Part shown: in pieces, positions 53,828 to 64,000 of the stretch | How the letters are laid out: every line of letters starts with the position of its first letter | How positions within the stretch are numbered: position 1 is the first letter of the stretch | Assembly: GCA_000091205.1 (NCBI GenBank) | Contig: AP006501.2 | Direction: 5' to 3' (one strand) | DNA length: 64,000 bases | From: Cyanidioschyzon merolae | Lineage: Eukaryota | Translations under genes and position numbers: made by a program | Notes under the pieces: generated by a model | What the model saw: the letters and a program-made list of their open reading frames with translations, nothing else | What the model was told of the DNA's origin: nothing | Database searches by the model: none

Positions 53828-56505
53828 CTATTGCGGTGCCCAGAAGCGCGGCTCCGACTCCGATTGCGACTGTTCCGGCGATCGGCACCGTATTCCCGCT
53901 CGAGCTTTTCACGTGTGGGCGCATGATGCAACGCCTGATCGAAGAGCGCAAGCACAATCTGTCGACGCGTTTGTAGCGCGATGAGACAACGCCGCGTCTG
54001 CTGGAGTCGCTCAATGAGCGTTGAAGGAAGCGGCTCCGGTACGAGAGCTCCTCCAGTACCAGCACCAGCACCAGCACTTTCGCTCTGTCCATCGTCCCTG
54101 GGTGTACGTGGTGCCAGGCGCTCGTAATGCCCCGAAAGCCGCTCCAGCGCTTGACGATCCCAGCACCAGTTCTCGAGCATTTGACTTGGTGCCTCAACAA
54201 AATCACGCTCCACTCTGGTACCGGAAAATCGTGCGAATCGCGGTTTTGAGCACAAATGATGCATGACATGTCCAAACTCATGGAAAAGCGTCACCACCTC
54301 TTCATGCCGTAGAAGCGAGGGGCGGCCTCCCGAAGACTTGCTCAAATTCGCTACCATTGCTGCTACAGGGACTTGACGCTCTCCATCGGCCGAATGCATC
54401 GCATTGAGCTGGAGCGCATTTGTCGCTGTTTCCGATGCACGATGCACGTGGCTAGTGCCAGTGCTGGGTGTTCCGACCTTGCCGCGAGGCGCAGTCGTCT
54501 CCTGGACTTTGCTGGGCCGCACACAGCTCGGCTGCAAAGGCCAGACAGCGGCATGACCATACTTGCCTTCACGCGGATGCAGATCCAGGTAAAAATAGCC
54601 CAAGAGTGCGGCGTTTTGCGCATCGCGCACTTCGAACAGGCGCACGTCCTCGTGCCAGCGTTGGCCCTGGGTCAGATGAACAAAACGCAAACCAAGTAGC
54701 TCTTGGTAAATATCGAGCATGTTCGAAAGCACACGCTCTAGCGGGAAATACTCGGCGATTTTCGTATGATCAATCTGCAGCTGCTGCTCCTCGTATTTCG
54801 TCATGTAGTAGCGGAGGTCCCACATACGAATCTCATTGTCGGGTTCAAGGCCCAAGAGCACACCGTAACGCTCAAGGTTATCCTTGCGCTTGAGGCGACG
54901 AAGTTCCGACAGCTCCGCATGCGCAGCCTTATCCAATCGCTTGCTCAGACGGTGCAGAAATGCTTCGACATTTTCCGGTGAATTTGCCATGCGCATCTCA
55001 AGAACGAACGCGGCATGAGAGGGATACCCTAAGAGCTTGGCTGCTTCATCGCGAAGCCGCACCGTCTCTTCGAGCAAGAACACGTTCTCTGGGACGCAGC
55101 GGGAGTGGAAGAGTTTCTCGAGGATGCGCCGGGTCTCTTCAACTGAACAATGTTTCATAATGGGAAAGTAATGCGGATATTTGAGGGTAACTTCAAATTC
55201 CAGCTCTTCAGGCTTCGCTGGATTCGGTCGGCTACGCAGGCCCTCGAGAAAAGTCGGAGACATGCCGGCCAGCTCCTCTGCCGAGAACCACAGACGAGTG
55301 TTCTCCTCATTCAAGTTTCGCTGGTATTCTATGCATAAATCAGCAATACGCGTGCGAAGATCAACGAGCCGCTCCCGAAGTTGATCGTCCAAATGTGCGC
55401 CGTGCCGTTCCAGATCTCGAACGGTGAAGCGCATGTAGCGCACATGCTCCAGCGTTAGGCCCAAGGCGGCGGCGGCCTGTGCACCCAGGGGCGTCTGCCG
55501 ACCGAAATCATCATAATCCTGATCGTGAGCAGCTTGCTCGAGGATACTCTCTCGCTTGTGGCGAAGTTGCTCGCGTCGGGACTCGCGGGATGCGACTGGG
55601 GCATGCAACGAGCTCCGCTGCCGCCGCAGTGCGTCGCGAAGTTGTATTTCATACTCGTCAGCGATCGGTCTCAGCACTCGGTAAACATCGGCTCGTGAAC
55701 TGAGTTCGACATCCAGCTTTGCGAGCTCCCTCTGTGCTTCGACACTCGCTGCGCGGATATCGGAATGCGGTGACACGAAGCTCGGAAACGTCACGCTCGA
55801 TCGACGTGCGGCGTGCTTGGCTTCCATGTCCGCCCAGAGTTGGAAAGTGTGGTCAAAATCCAAGGGAGGTTTCAGCAGAGGAGCGCCACCGCGCACCAGT
55901 TCGTAGAGCGAGCTGATATGATCGGCGAGCGCGCGTTCCTCCGCAATGATCCGTTGCGTTTCGGCTTTGATATCAGCGACTGACATATCCACCCGAAATG
56001 CAATATGTTTCGGGCAGGTATGACCGACACTGAGGCGCTTTTCCGACCGTTCAGTCCGTGCGTGTTGCGAAATCGAACGCTCCACCTCTGAGTCCTGCCC
56101 GAATTCGCTTAACCTCTCCGCGTCCGGTGCTCGTGTGCGGTACGCTGCCCTACGTGTTCGCTGCGCAGCTGCTGGGTCGGTTCCGGCGCTGGCATTGATA
56201 CCCACGCGTCCCTTTTGTACGTCTTGCCGCCTGCGATAGGCGCGCACCACGACGACTGTGCCGAGGAGCGCCACCACTATCGCCGATCCTGAGAGCGCAG
56301 GCACAAACCACGGCGTCGAGCCGTTCATCTGTAAATACTCTGTGCGTAACGCCAACCAAGGCGAACGTGCCCAGTCTAGGACGGCGCTCCAGCGACTCTT
56401 TCGAGCGTTCACAGCGTCACGTGAATCCGGAACTCCATCCGAGGCCGCCGCTGAAACAACTGCAGAAGCCCCGTTCCCTCCAGCGTCAGACGCTTCGATT
56501 GTCAT
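53431..56505 (-). CDS. M3-family zinc metallopeptidase (thimet oligopeptidase / oligopeptidase A-like) with an N-terminal TM anchor and poly-Q insertion
   Basis: HEXXH in VTLFHEFGHVMHHLCSKPRFARFSGTRVERDFVEAPSQMLENWCWD, plus upstream segments conserved with M3A peptidases (LRFTVRDLERHG.., YFPLERVLSNMLDIYQELLGL..). The N-terminus has a hydrophobic helix (ALSGSAIVVALLGTVVVV). A run of 13 Gln encoded by (CAG)n lies at about 53789-53826. At 1024 aa it is longer than the roughly 700 aa typical for this family. Confidence 0.8.
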
Positions 56506-57499
56506 GTTCGATCACCGAAAACCCTTTGAACTATAAGGTACCCCCTCCCTGTTCAGCTCTGGGTTCTACGGAGTCGCTGAGACGAGGCCGTACCAGCCTA
56601 GAGCAGGACACGTTTTCGGCGATTATCCCAAGCACAGCGTGTGTGTTGATGATCTCGGAATGCGCTGCGTTGCGCAGTGCGCGGCGGCGCAAGGCACCAC
56701 AGCGAACGTGGCATCGCCGGGGCGGGCGCCACTGCCGCCATTTGAAATCGCAACCGCAAGCAGTCGTCATCGGTAGCGGGCGGAAGGCTTCGCGCGCGCA
56801 TCTAGGCTGCGGGTCCGGCGAAGAGGCTTCAAGCCTCAAGTCCATAAAAAGGATGTTTTGTCTCTTTATGAAAAGCCATATGGCCTGACGTGGCTGCTGA
56901 TGCCATTCCGACGGCCTGGCGGGCCTCCTGCTTGCCTGGGTACCGATAGAGATCCCGCACGGTGGAATCCCTCGTTTGGTACTGCGATCCTGCACCACGG
57001 AAATACGCTGATCGCTGATACAGGCTGGTATTTGACGCGGTGTTGCCCAGCGACCAGTAGTGGCTGTTTGCGCATCGCCCCGGTTCCCAGGTGCGATTTC
57101 GGGGTGCACGACGGCCCATATAAGCATGACATGGGACGGGTCCACGTCCGGAGCTCGGGCGCGTACGTCAAAGTTTCTTTCTGCTTCCATTGTGATCAAC
57201 GCAAGCGCTTTGGGGTTTTTTCTTAGCCTGCTTCCTATTCTTCTCCCTTACCTACAGCTTCAACGATGTTAGTCGCTCCTGCTTCGTTCTCAGCAGCTGA
57301 AGGATATGGATGGCAGGGTCAAGTGCAGATCTCGGCGCTTCCGGCCGTTGTCGACGCTCTGCATGCAGAGGCAAAAGTAGCGGCCAACGCTTCGTTTGCC
57401 ATTTTCATCATCTTTCCAGACAGTCTCAATGGCCTTTCGCAGCAGTAGCACCTGACCGTGGACAGGTGTTCCCATATGACGAAGGTAGCTCCTCCGCCG

Positions 57500-58150
57500 A
57501 GGCCGCTCTGTTTCACCCGAACACCAGCCATATTGCTCGGTACGTGACTTTGGCGGGGCACGTAGTGCTCCCCTGGATGCCATTCTCCGATTCCGCGATT
57601 GGTGGTGTACCCAAACGAACCTGCTTCTTCTGGGTGATGCGCTCGGTGCGTTCCCTGTCCGACGCATACGGAAGCGCATGTCTTTCCATTTGAATGAGGA
57701 TTTGTGAAACACGATACTGTTCATGATGGTAGAGATACCGGAGGCCAAATCCAGGCTGCTGATCATGTCGAGCAAAGCCGATATGTCTACGCCACCCTTG
57801 TGCATAGCGGTGACGCAATCTCCATCGCCAGCGGTCGCTGCGATGATGCAAGCAGGAGTCCGAGACCTTGCCGACGCAATCAGCAGCGAGCGGAGCTTCT
57901 AGCAGCACAGACCGTAAGACAATTCATGCTGTTGTTGAATGCGGTATCGCCGATAACCTCAAACACAGGAGAGTTTCCCTCTGAACGAAATCGATTTCAT
58001 CGCTTGACAAGTTTAGTGAAAGTCCGGCCTCAGAATGGGAAGAAGTCGTCCATGGAAGACTGCCTGTCGTTTTCCTCGAAAACCAGCAGTGCCAATCGCT
58101 ACGCCCACGAGTATCCTCGAGTCAGAAAGATCGAAAAACTCAAGCATGCG
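57500..58150 (+). repeat. Interspersed repeat family, copy G
   Basis: tttccatttgaatgaggatttgtgaaacacgatactgttcatgatggtagagataccggagg...tccatcgccagcggtcgctgcgatgatgcaagcaggagtccgag...cagcagtgccaatcgctacgcccacgagtatcctcgagtcagaaagatcgaaaaactcaagcatgcgtga, colinear with copy E. Confidence 0.6.
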
Positions 58151-58957
58151 TGATTTGAGCATGTTAAACGTAATCAGAAGAGACGTGTGGTTGCTTGTAC
58201 GAGTGAATTGGATAGTTATATCGGTAGTTTTACGAACGTTTGTTCGAGGTCATTGCGATTCTTCATGTCAACGATCACGGAAAGAATGCCACCAGCATCG
58301 CGTCCAAGGAGCTAACGGGAAACAAGGATCCAGGATCTTCAAACTACACATGAGTCTTTGAACTCAAGGTTCTCCCACTTCCAGTGCCAAACGTGTGCGT
58401 CTAAAATAGTTCGGGGAAAAAAATCGTAAGACTGGATCAGCGTTGGCGATTCCGAGTTCCCTTTTACGATTTTTGACACCGACCAGGGTGTCTCGTTCGT
58501 CTGCGGGCGTTCGAAACAACACCAACGGATTCTGTTGCTGGTGAGTCTGCTCTGGACGCAGCGGTCTGCGTCTTAATTAAACGTTACCAGAGGACGCTCC
58601 GGAAACGTGTTTGCGCTGGAACCCTTCCGCGCAGAACCACTGACGCTGGGGTCAAGCGAACAGGAACCCACTGAAACCTGGTGGAACCTGTTGAAAGCTG
58701 CGGAATCCTGAACCGGCTACATTTTCGGACAAGACTCGGACAAACGCTGAACGAATCAGAGTCGTTTTCTGAGGCACTCGTGGACTCGAACGAGCGCAGC
58801 GCTGCTAAAGCACTGGAGCAACGAAACGTCGAGGGCGCTGCGCTTCAAACTCGCCAGCACCTGACGCACAAGACGCACCGCAAACTCGGGTACTAGTGGC
58901 TGCTAGGTTCTTACGGTTTGGGTCTCCGTGCGTCCGCCTCGTTTACAACGGAATACG

Positions 58958-61027
58958 ATGCGCCTCATTGCGCTTCTGAGCGGCGGCAAGGACTCGCTCT
59001 ATGCAGCGATCTACGCTCAGTACGTACTCGGTCATGAAATCGTCGCTGCAGTCAACCTGTACCCAACTGGTCCTGAGCGACCTCCTGAGGCGGTTGCAGG
59101 TACAGACCTTGTCGCGTGGACAGACGAAGTCGACTCGGCCATGTTCCAGAGCGTCGGTGCGCACGTCGTGGGAGCAGCGTACGCAGACTGTTTGCCGTCC
59201 AGTATCCGGTGGTATCGCGCAGCTTTCGAGGCGCTCGAATTTCACACCGACCATGGCCTGCGTTATCGTCTGGCGCCACATGCTTCTGCTTTAGAGACAC
59301 CTGCAGACGAAGTTGCGACGCTGCATCGAGTCGTGGGCGCGCTTCTGGACAACTTTGAAGTACAGGGCCTGGCGCGACCCGAAGGCCTCCTCTCGGGGGC
59401 GATTCTCTCCGACTACCAACGCCTGCGCATAGAGCACGTGGCTAGTCAGCATCAGCTGGTGTCGGTGGCTCCGTTGTGGCGTCGTGACGCCCGCGAACTC
59501 TTCGATTCTATCTGTGCACTGGGTATCGAGGCCATCATTGTCAAAGTGGCGTCCCTGGGTCTCGACATGGCTCATCTAGGGAAATCCCTGTACCAAGTAC
59601 GCGAGCACCTGATGCAACTTGAGACGCGGTACGGGGTGCACTGCCTGGGTGAAGGCGGCGAATACGAGACGCTGGTGCTTGACAGCCCCTGGTTCCGTCA
59701 GCGTCTTGTCATTGATGCCTCCAGTCCGGTAGATCATGGTTCTGGAAGCGCCTACCTTCGCATCGAGCGCTTCCACTGCGAAGAAAAACCAGCCGCGATG
59801 CGCGCTGACCAGCAGGCTCAGTTTTCAGACTGGATGCAACGGGAACGAGCGCGGCCTCTCTGGGTATTTCCTCTTCCATTGAACGGAATATCTTTCCGAA
59901 AGTCGATACCCACCGTGCTTGCACCGGCTGGAGACGCGAACGCTTCCGCCGCCGAGCGTACTCCTCGCTCGCCGATGTTTCAGGTGCGCTATCGAGAGAG
60001 GCTCTGGCATCTTTCAGATGATCATAGGTTTTATGTCGCGGTTTGTTGGGTGGAGTCTTCCGCCGATGTCGCGACGCATCCGACTGATCCCCGGTGTGCT
60101 GTACTTGCACCTCCTGGCGAGGCTGCGCGCCAAACTGAGCTGCTCCTGCTGCACCTGCGCCAGCGCTGGCCCGATGCAGCTTGTCGACCGTTCCAGTGCC
60201 TCCTTTTCCTTGCGAATATGCAGGACTTTGCCGCAGTGAATGCAGTCTACGCTCATTATTTTGCTGCAGAGGATGCACCTCCGGTTCGGTGCTGTGTGCA
60301 GGTCGCGTCGTTACCGCACCCGACCAGCCTCGTGCAGCTGGAGGTTTTTGCCGAGTCCGTGGACTTGCATGGCAAAGGCATTCACGTCCAGAGTCTGTCG
60401 CTGTGGGCCCCGGCGTGTATTGGACCGTACAGTCAGGCTCGCATCCAGCATCAGGGGACGACCCTGTACTTGTCAGGCATGCTGGCGCTTTTCCCTGGTA
60501 CAGGCGAGATTCCCGAAGGCCTCTCGCTGCCTGCTCAGATAGAAGCCTGTCTATGGAATGCAAATCGCGTCGTAGAAGCACTCGATGATCGCGGCATGAA
60601 GAGGCCCTGGCAGTGTCGTCTCTGTATCGCGTGGTACAAGGCAGGCTCGCGCGACAGCGCTGAGACGCACGGCCGCCTCATCCACGAGATGCTGCACAAG
60701 CGTCTGCCACGAGCGCAGCGCTTTGTTCTTGGGGTTCCGCAGCTGCCCCGGAACGCGCTCGTTGAACTGCAGTTCGTTTACGAACGGCGTGAAGCGGAAT
60801 TCCATGGGACGCACTGCCCTGTAATACCCCAGATTGCGCACGACTTCCTGAGCTGGGACACGGAAGACTTCGAGGGCGCTCCCCAGAAGCTGGATGCTTC
60901 ACCAGGGTCATCGTTTCATGTTTGCATCCCCGTGCTGATTCCGCATTCAGTGTACGGCAGTGCCTGTACCCGACTCCGTTGCTACCTGCCACCGGGAAAG
61001 GCTCCCGATAAACCCAGTGCTCTCTGA
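58958..61027 (+). CDS. DPH6: Diphthine-ammonia ligase (DPH6/ATPBD4: PP-loop ATPase domain plus tandem YjgF/RidA-like domains)
   Basis: N-terminal MRLIALLSGGKDSLYAAIYA...GHEIVAAVNLYP matches the DPH6 Alpha_ANH_like_IV domain (SGGKDS PP-loop). Two RidA-like regions follow. The track ORF starts 10 codons upstream at 58928. Confidence 0.75.
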   Translation: MRLIALLSGGKDSLYAAIYAQYVLGHEIVAAVNLYPTGPERPPEAVAGTDLVAWTDEVDSAMFQSVGAHVVGAAYADCLPSSIRWYRAAFEALEFHTDHGLRYRLAPHASALETPADEVATLHRVVGALLDNFEVQGLARPEGLLSGAILSDYQRLRIEHVASQHQLVSVAPLWRRDARELFDSICALGIEAIIVKVASLGLDMAHLGKSLYQVREHLMQLETRYGVHCLGEGGEYETLVLDSPWFRQRLVIDASSPVDHGSGSAYLRIERFHCEEKPAAMRADQQAQFSDWMQRERARPLWVFPLPLNGISFRKSIPTVLAPAGDANASAAERTPRSPMFQVRYRERLWHLSDDHRFYVAVCWVESSADVATHPTDPRCAVLAPPGEAARQTELLLLHLRQRWPDAACRPFQCLLFLANMQDFAAVNAVYAHYFAAEDAPPVRCCVQVASLPHPTSLVQLEVFAESVDLHGKGIHVQSLSLWAPACIGPYSQARIQHQGTTLYLSGMLALFPGTGEIPEGLSLPAQIEACLWNANRVVEALDDRGMKRPWQCRLCIAWYKAGSRDSAETHGRLIHEMLHKRLPRAQRFVLGVPQLPRNALVELQFVYERREAEFHGTHCPVIPQIAHDFLSWDTEDFEGAPQKLDASPGSSFHVCIPVLIPHSVYGSACTRLRCYLPPGKAPDKPSAL

Positions 61028-61727
61028 GGCGCGCTTTCCTTGAACTCGGTGCAGCGCGTACGATCCCCGTAGCGTACGCGTCCGCGAACCGAAACATTGC
61101 CATAGACGTAAACGAGAGCGGGTTTCTCTCGTTGGGCATCGACGCTACCACAAGCGTAGTTGCAGACGCAACAGTACCTCTACCGGTGAAACACATTATC
61201 CCCAGAGGCCGTTGCAGCACCAATAATATCAGCTGCTGCAGCAATAGCGTTAACTTGCTCTATCCGTGTGTGTTGGCTACCACTGCTTGCGTAGCTGGCG
61301 ATTACCGAGCAAGCGCATCCTTTAACGAGCTTGCGATGCAAAGCAAACGCACGGTCTTTTGGGTCGGCTTCTGGCCGCACGGCATCCATTCAATGTTTTC
61401 AACGCCGACGTTACACGTATCGGGTTGTCGCTGGCAACGTCAGGAACCGAACCTTGCAAGCTTGGGTTGCAAAGCGCACGCGCTACTCCCTATGCAATCG
61501 TTATTCATGGAGCGTTATCGCAGGCGGGACGAGTATCAGCGCACGCTCCGTGTGCCCCGTGATCCTCTCCAGGCATTGCAGCGCTCACCAGTGCAGCACA
61601 GCAGAACCCCGTCAGCGTGTCTAAGACGCTAGGCGAAGATGCTCGTCTCCAATGCACGTGCGCTCCCGAGGCCGTGTGCTGCTGCGGCATTCGTTCGCAT
61701 CCTCGACGCCTTCGCATTCGAAGATCC

Positions 61728-62957
61728 TCAGGGTAAAGCCAGCGACTCTGGAAGCGCTGTGGAACCTGAAGTCGATGCCGCATCCGGTGCGCGTTCCCAT
61801 CGCAACGATCCATCCGTTCGTCGAAGTTGTTTGGCTGCTTCTCGGAGCGCACGAGCAGTTCGAGCACCTTCGACGTCTTCACGTTTGCCTGCCGACATGA
61901 ACTGATTCGTTGCAGCAGTTTCCAATGAAGATGAATGCCGATAGACCTCACCAAAGCTGGTCAGGTGGCTTTTCGGAATCATCGGTTCGCGGTCTCGAAG
62001 TTCTTTCTCGTGTCGCGGCCCATAGAGTGCATTCTTTGCGTCCGAAAGCATATCGCGAATGTCGACAAGCTCTCCAAAGTTGCGTAGCACCGCTCGTGAG
62101 GGATCCGGTGCATAGTCCTCAAAGTCCCGCCACGAAAATACGAAATGATGAACGATGGCTGCCACGAACATTTCCAAGCAGATCAACAGATCCTGAATGC
62201 CGGTTGCCACACTATCGGAGGTAAAGTCACCAACATCGGTGAGCCAGTGCCACTGCACGAGCAAGCCGAGCACCACACCCTGCCACCAACTGAAGAATAT
62301 GACTGCCTTCACGCAGAGGAACTTGGGAAGCGGGCGGAAAGCCTGCAACAAGTCCTCCGTTGCCAAATACAACATAACCATCCAGTATAGCGCCCACGAA
62401 ACGCTGAGGTTCACCACAATCCAAATGTACGGATAACCATAGCACCAGAAAGGCGAAGCAGTTGGCGTCTTGGGCTGTACATACCAACCGTGCCGGTTCA
62501 GGAGCACTGCTACGGCGGCAGTGAGCGGTTTCAACAACACGAACTGCAACACCGCGAGGCGCACTTTCTGCAGGAATCGAGCGCCCAGTACCTCCGGTTG
62601 GAAACACCAGTTCATGGGCCAAGGGTGTGGTAAGGGGGGTTTCAACTCCAGCAGATACGCCAGAGAGCGTTCCCCGCCCGCTACGTTGATAAGCAGCGCC
62701 ACGAACGAGTACAGGGTGTAGGCCTCGTACGAGTCGCGCCCCAGATCAAAGTACAGCGCCATTTCCGGTATCAAGAGAGAAAGCCAAGAAGACAACGAGT
62801 ATACCGGAACCATACCTAGGATTCGACAAATGTAAAGCTGGTACTCTGGACGAACATAGTGTCGCAAGTGCAGCCAGATGTTCTGGAGCGACAGTGTCAG
62901 CGCGAGGAGGCTGAGGACCCCACCGCCCAGTCGTGCAAGTAGCAGCGCCTGAAACAT
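61728..62957 (-). CDS. TMEM184 / OST-alpha family (DUF300, Solute_trans_a) multi-pass membrane protein
   Basis: HLRHYVRPEYQLYICRILGMVPVYSLSSWLSLL...ALYFDLGRDSYEAYTLYSFVALL, followed by seven or so hydrophobic helices, matches the TMEM184 family. Confidence 0.75.
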   Translation of the reverse strand: MFQALLLARLGGGVLSLLALTLSLQNIWLHLRHYVRPEYQLYICRILGMVPVYSLSSWLSLLIPEMALYFDLGRDSYEAYTLYSFVALLINVAGGERSLAYLLELKPPLPHPWPMNWCFQPEVLGARFLQKVRLAVLQFVLLKPLTAAVAVLLNRHGWYVQPKTPTASPFWCYGYPYIWIVVNLSVSWALYWMVMLYLATEDLLQAFRPLPKFLCVKAVIFFSWWQGVVLGLLVQWHWLTDVGDFTSDSVATGIQDLLICLEMFVAAIVHHFVFSWRDFEDYAPDPSRAVLRNFGELVDIRDMLSDAKNALYGPRHEKELRDREPMIPKSHLTSFGEVYRHSSSLETAATNQFMSAGKREDVEGARTARALREAAKQLRRTDGSLRWERAPDAASTSGSTALPESLALP

Positions 62958-63205
62958 ATAGAACTTGTCAACAGTAGACGCACCACAGCCATCAACTGTC
63001 CCTGGTTTTGGAGTCCCAGTAAATTGCTTCAGATGGACACGGGCTACACTCTCCTCGTGACCTGAAAGCGTCGCAGCGTAACGAATAGAGTCGATGCGCT
63101 GAGCGAGCCAGCACCAGCAGGGCTACCAGGCCGCTCCGACGTACGACTTGCTTATCTGCGGACGCTGTTTCAGCCAGTGTTACGACTTGGAAAGCTTTTC
63201 CCGGT

Positions 63206-63823
63206 TTGCATATGTTTACGCTGCACGCTGCAGTCATCACAGTTTCTGACTCGTGTGCTGCTGGTCAGGCGTGCGACAAGTCGGGACCGCTGGTGAGGCA
63301 GTTGCTGGAAGAGTCATCCGCCGCTGCGCTTGGTGCGACGGTACCTCGTTTTCAGGTCACATGGTCGGAGGTTATACCTGATGAGCGCCAAGTCATTGTA
63401 AAGCGAATCAGAGTCTTAGCCGGACAAGATTCTAGAGAAGACGACGGCGCCAGTAGCGTTTCTGGTCCGCCGCAGCCGGTCGACCTCATTGTCACCACGG
63501 GGGGAACAGGGATCTCCGCTCGAGACGTTACACCGGAGTCGACGCTGGAGGCTTGTGAAGGCAGGAGCGTCTGGGGTCTGTCGTACCTCATGCTTCAAGT
63601 TTCGCTTCAGTACACACCTATGGCAGCGTTATCGCGGTACGGAGCCGGTGTCTGTGGCTCCGCGCTGGTTATAAACTTGCCTGGTAAGCCAAGCGCGGTG
63701 CAAGAGGTTTTGCCAGCGATAAAGCCAGTTATCGTTCACGGGTGCATGCTGCTTCACGGGCACACACGACACGGAGGAGAGTCCGATGTACCTGCGCAAG
63801 AAGCGACTCCAAATGTGCAGTAG
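63206..63823 (+). CDS. Molybdenum cofactor biosynthesis protein MogA/MoaB (MoCF_biosynth domain; molybdopterin adenylyltransferase G-domain-like)
   Basis: AAVITVSDSCAAG...VDLIVTTGGTGISARDVTPE...SRYGAGVCGSALVINLPGKPSAV matches the MogA/Cnx1G family (GGTG motif). Confidence 0.75.
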   Translation: MHMFTLHAAVITVSDSCAAGQACDKSGPLVRQLLEESSAAALGATVPRFQVTWSEVIPDERQVIVKRIRVLAGQDSREDDGASSVSGPPQPVDLIVTTGGTGISARDVTPESTLEACEGRSVWGLSYLMLQVSLQYTPMAALSRYGAGVCGSALVINLPGKPSAVQEVLPAIKPVIVHGCMLLHGHTRHGGESDVPAQEATPNVQ

Positions 63824-64000
63824 AACGTTTACCGCAAGAGTCTACGGCATCGACGGGTGAATAGTGCGTCGCAGGATAACTCGTTATGAAGACGGATTAG
63901 CGACGGATTCGACTCCAGCTCTGTTCTAGAGGGCTTATCCTAGGAATCCAAGGCACCGCTGGGTTTACGCTGCGTCGCCGGTACACACAGGATGGAGGAG

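Noticed and set aside
56531-57199. 222-aa minus-strand ORF
   Set aside because: R/A/P-rich low-complexity translation with no similarity to anything I recognise. It lies in a repeat-bearing intergenic gap.
59709-60581. 290-aa minus-strand ORF
   Set aside because: Antisense to the well-supported DPH6 coding sequence.

Overview
This 64-kb window is eukaryotic nuclear DNA from a GC-rich, intron-poor organism, with no prokaryotic features. It is almost certainly photosynthetic, since it encodes a plastid MEP-pathway enzyme (IspE), a ClpR-type plastid protease subunit, a TPM-domain protein and peroxisomal photorespiratory enzymes. A red alga, possibly Cyanidiales-like, is plausible, but I cannot identify the species from sequence alone. 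About 20 single-exon genes are recognisable by protein similarity recalled from memory. They are, in order: ArgJ (3' end truncated by the window edge), peroxisomal hydroxypyruvate reductase (C-terminal PTS1 SRL), a tetraspanin-like protein, elongation factor 2, serine:glyoxylate aminotransferase (C-terminal PTS1 AKI), the PP2A B55 regulatory subunit (with a large low-complexity insertion), Cox17, a PFA-DSP phosphatase, a possible TRAP-beta-like membrane protein, two tightly abutting membrane/TPM-domain ORFs, a 1316-aa S/A/Q-rich protein with C-terminal RRM/UHM-like domains, a ClpP-family subunit lacking the catalytic Ser (ClpR-like), GOSR1/GS28 SNARE, MPDU1, IspE, a Nudix hydrolase, an M3 metallopeptidase with a poly-Q insertion, DPH6 diphthine-ammonia ligase, TMEM184/DUF300 and MogA/MoaB. 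The most notable non-genic signal is a family of at least 7 diverged copies of a roughly 0.6-kb interspersed repeat sitting in the larger intergenic gaps. There is also a 62-bp-period tandem array and several trinucleotide microsatellites (CTG/CAG, GAT). tRNA and snRNA genes could not be scanned reliably by eye.
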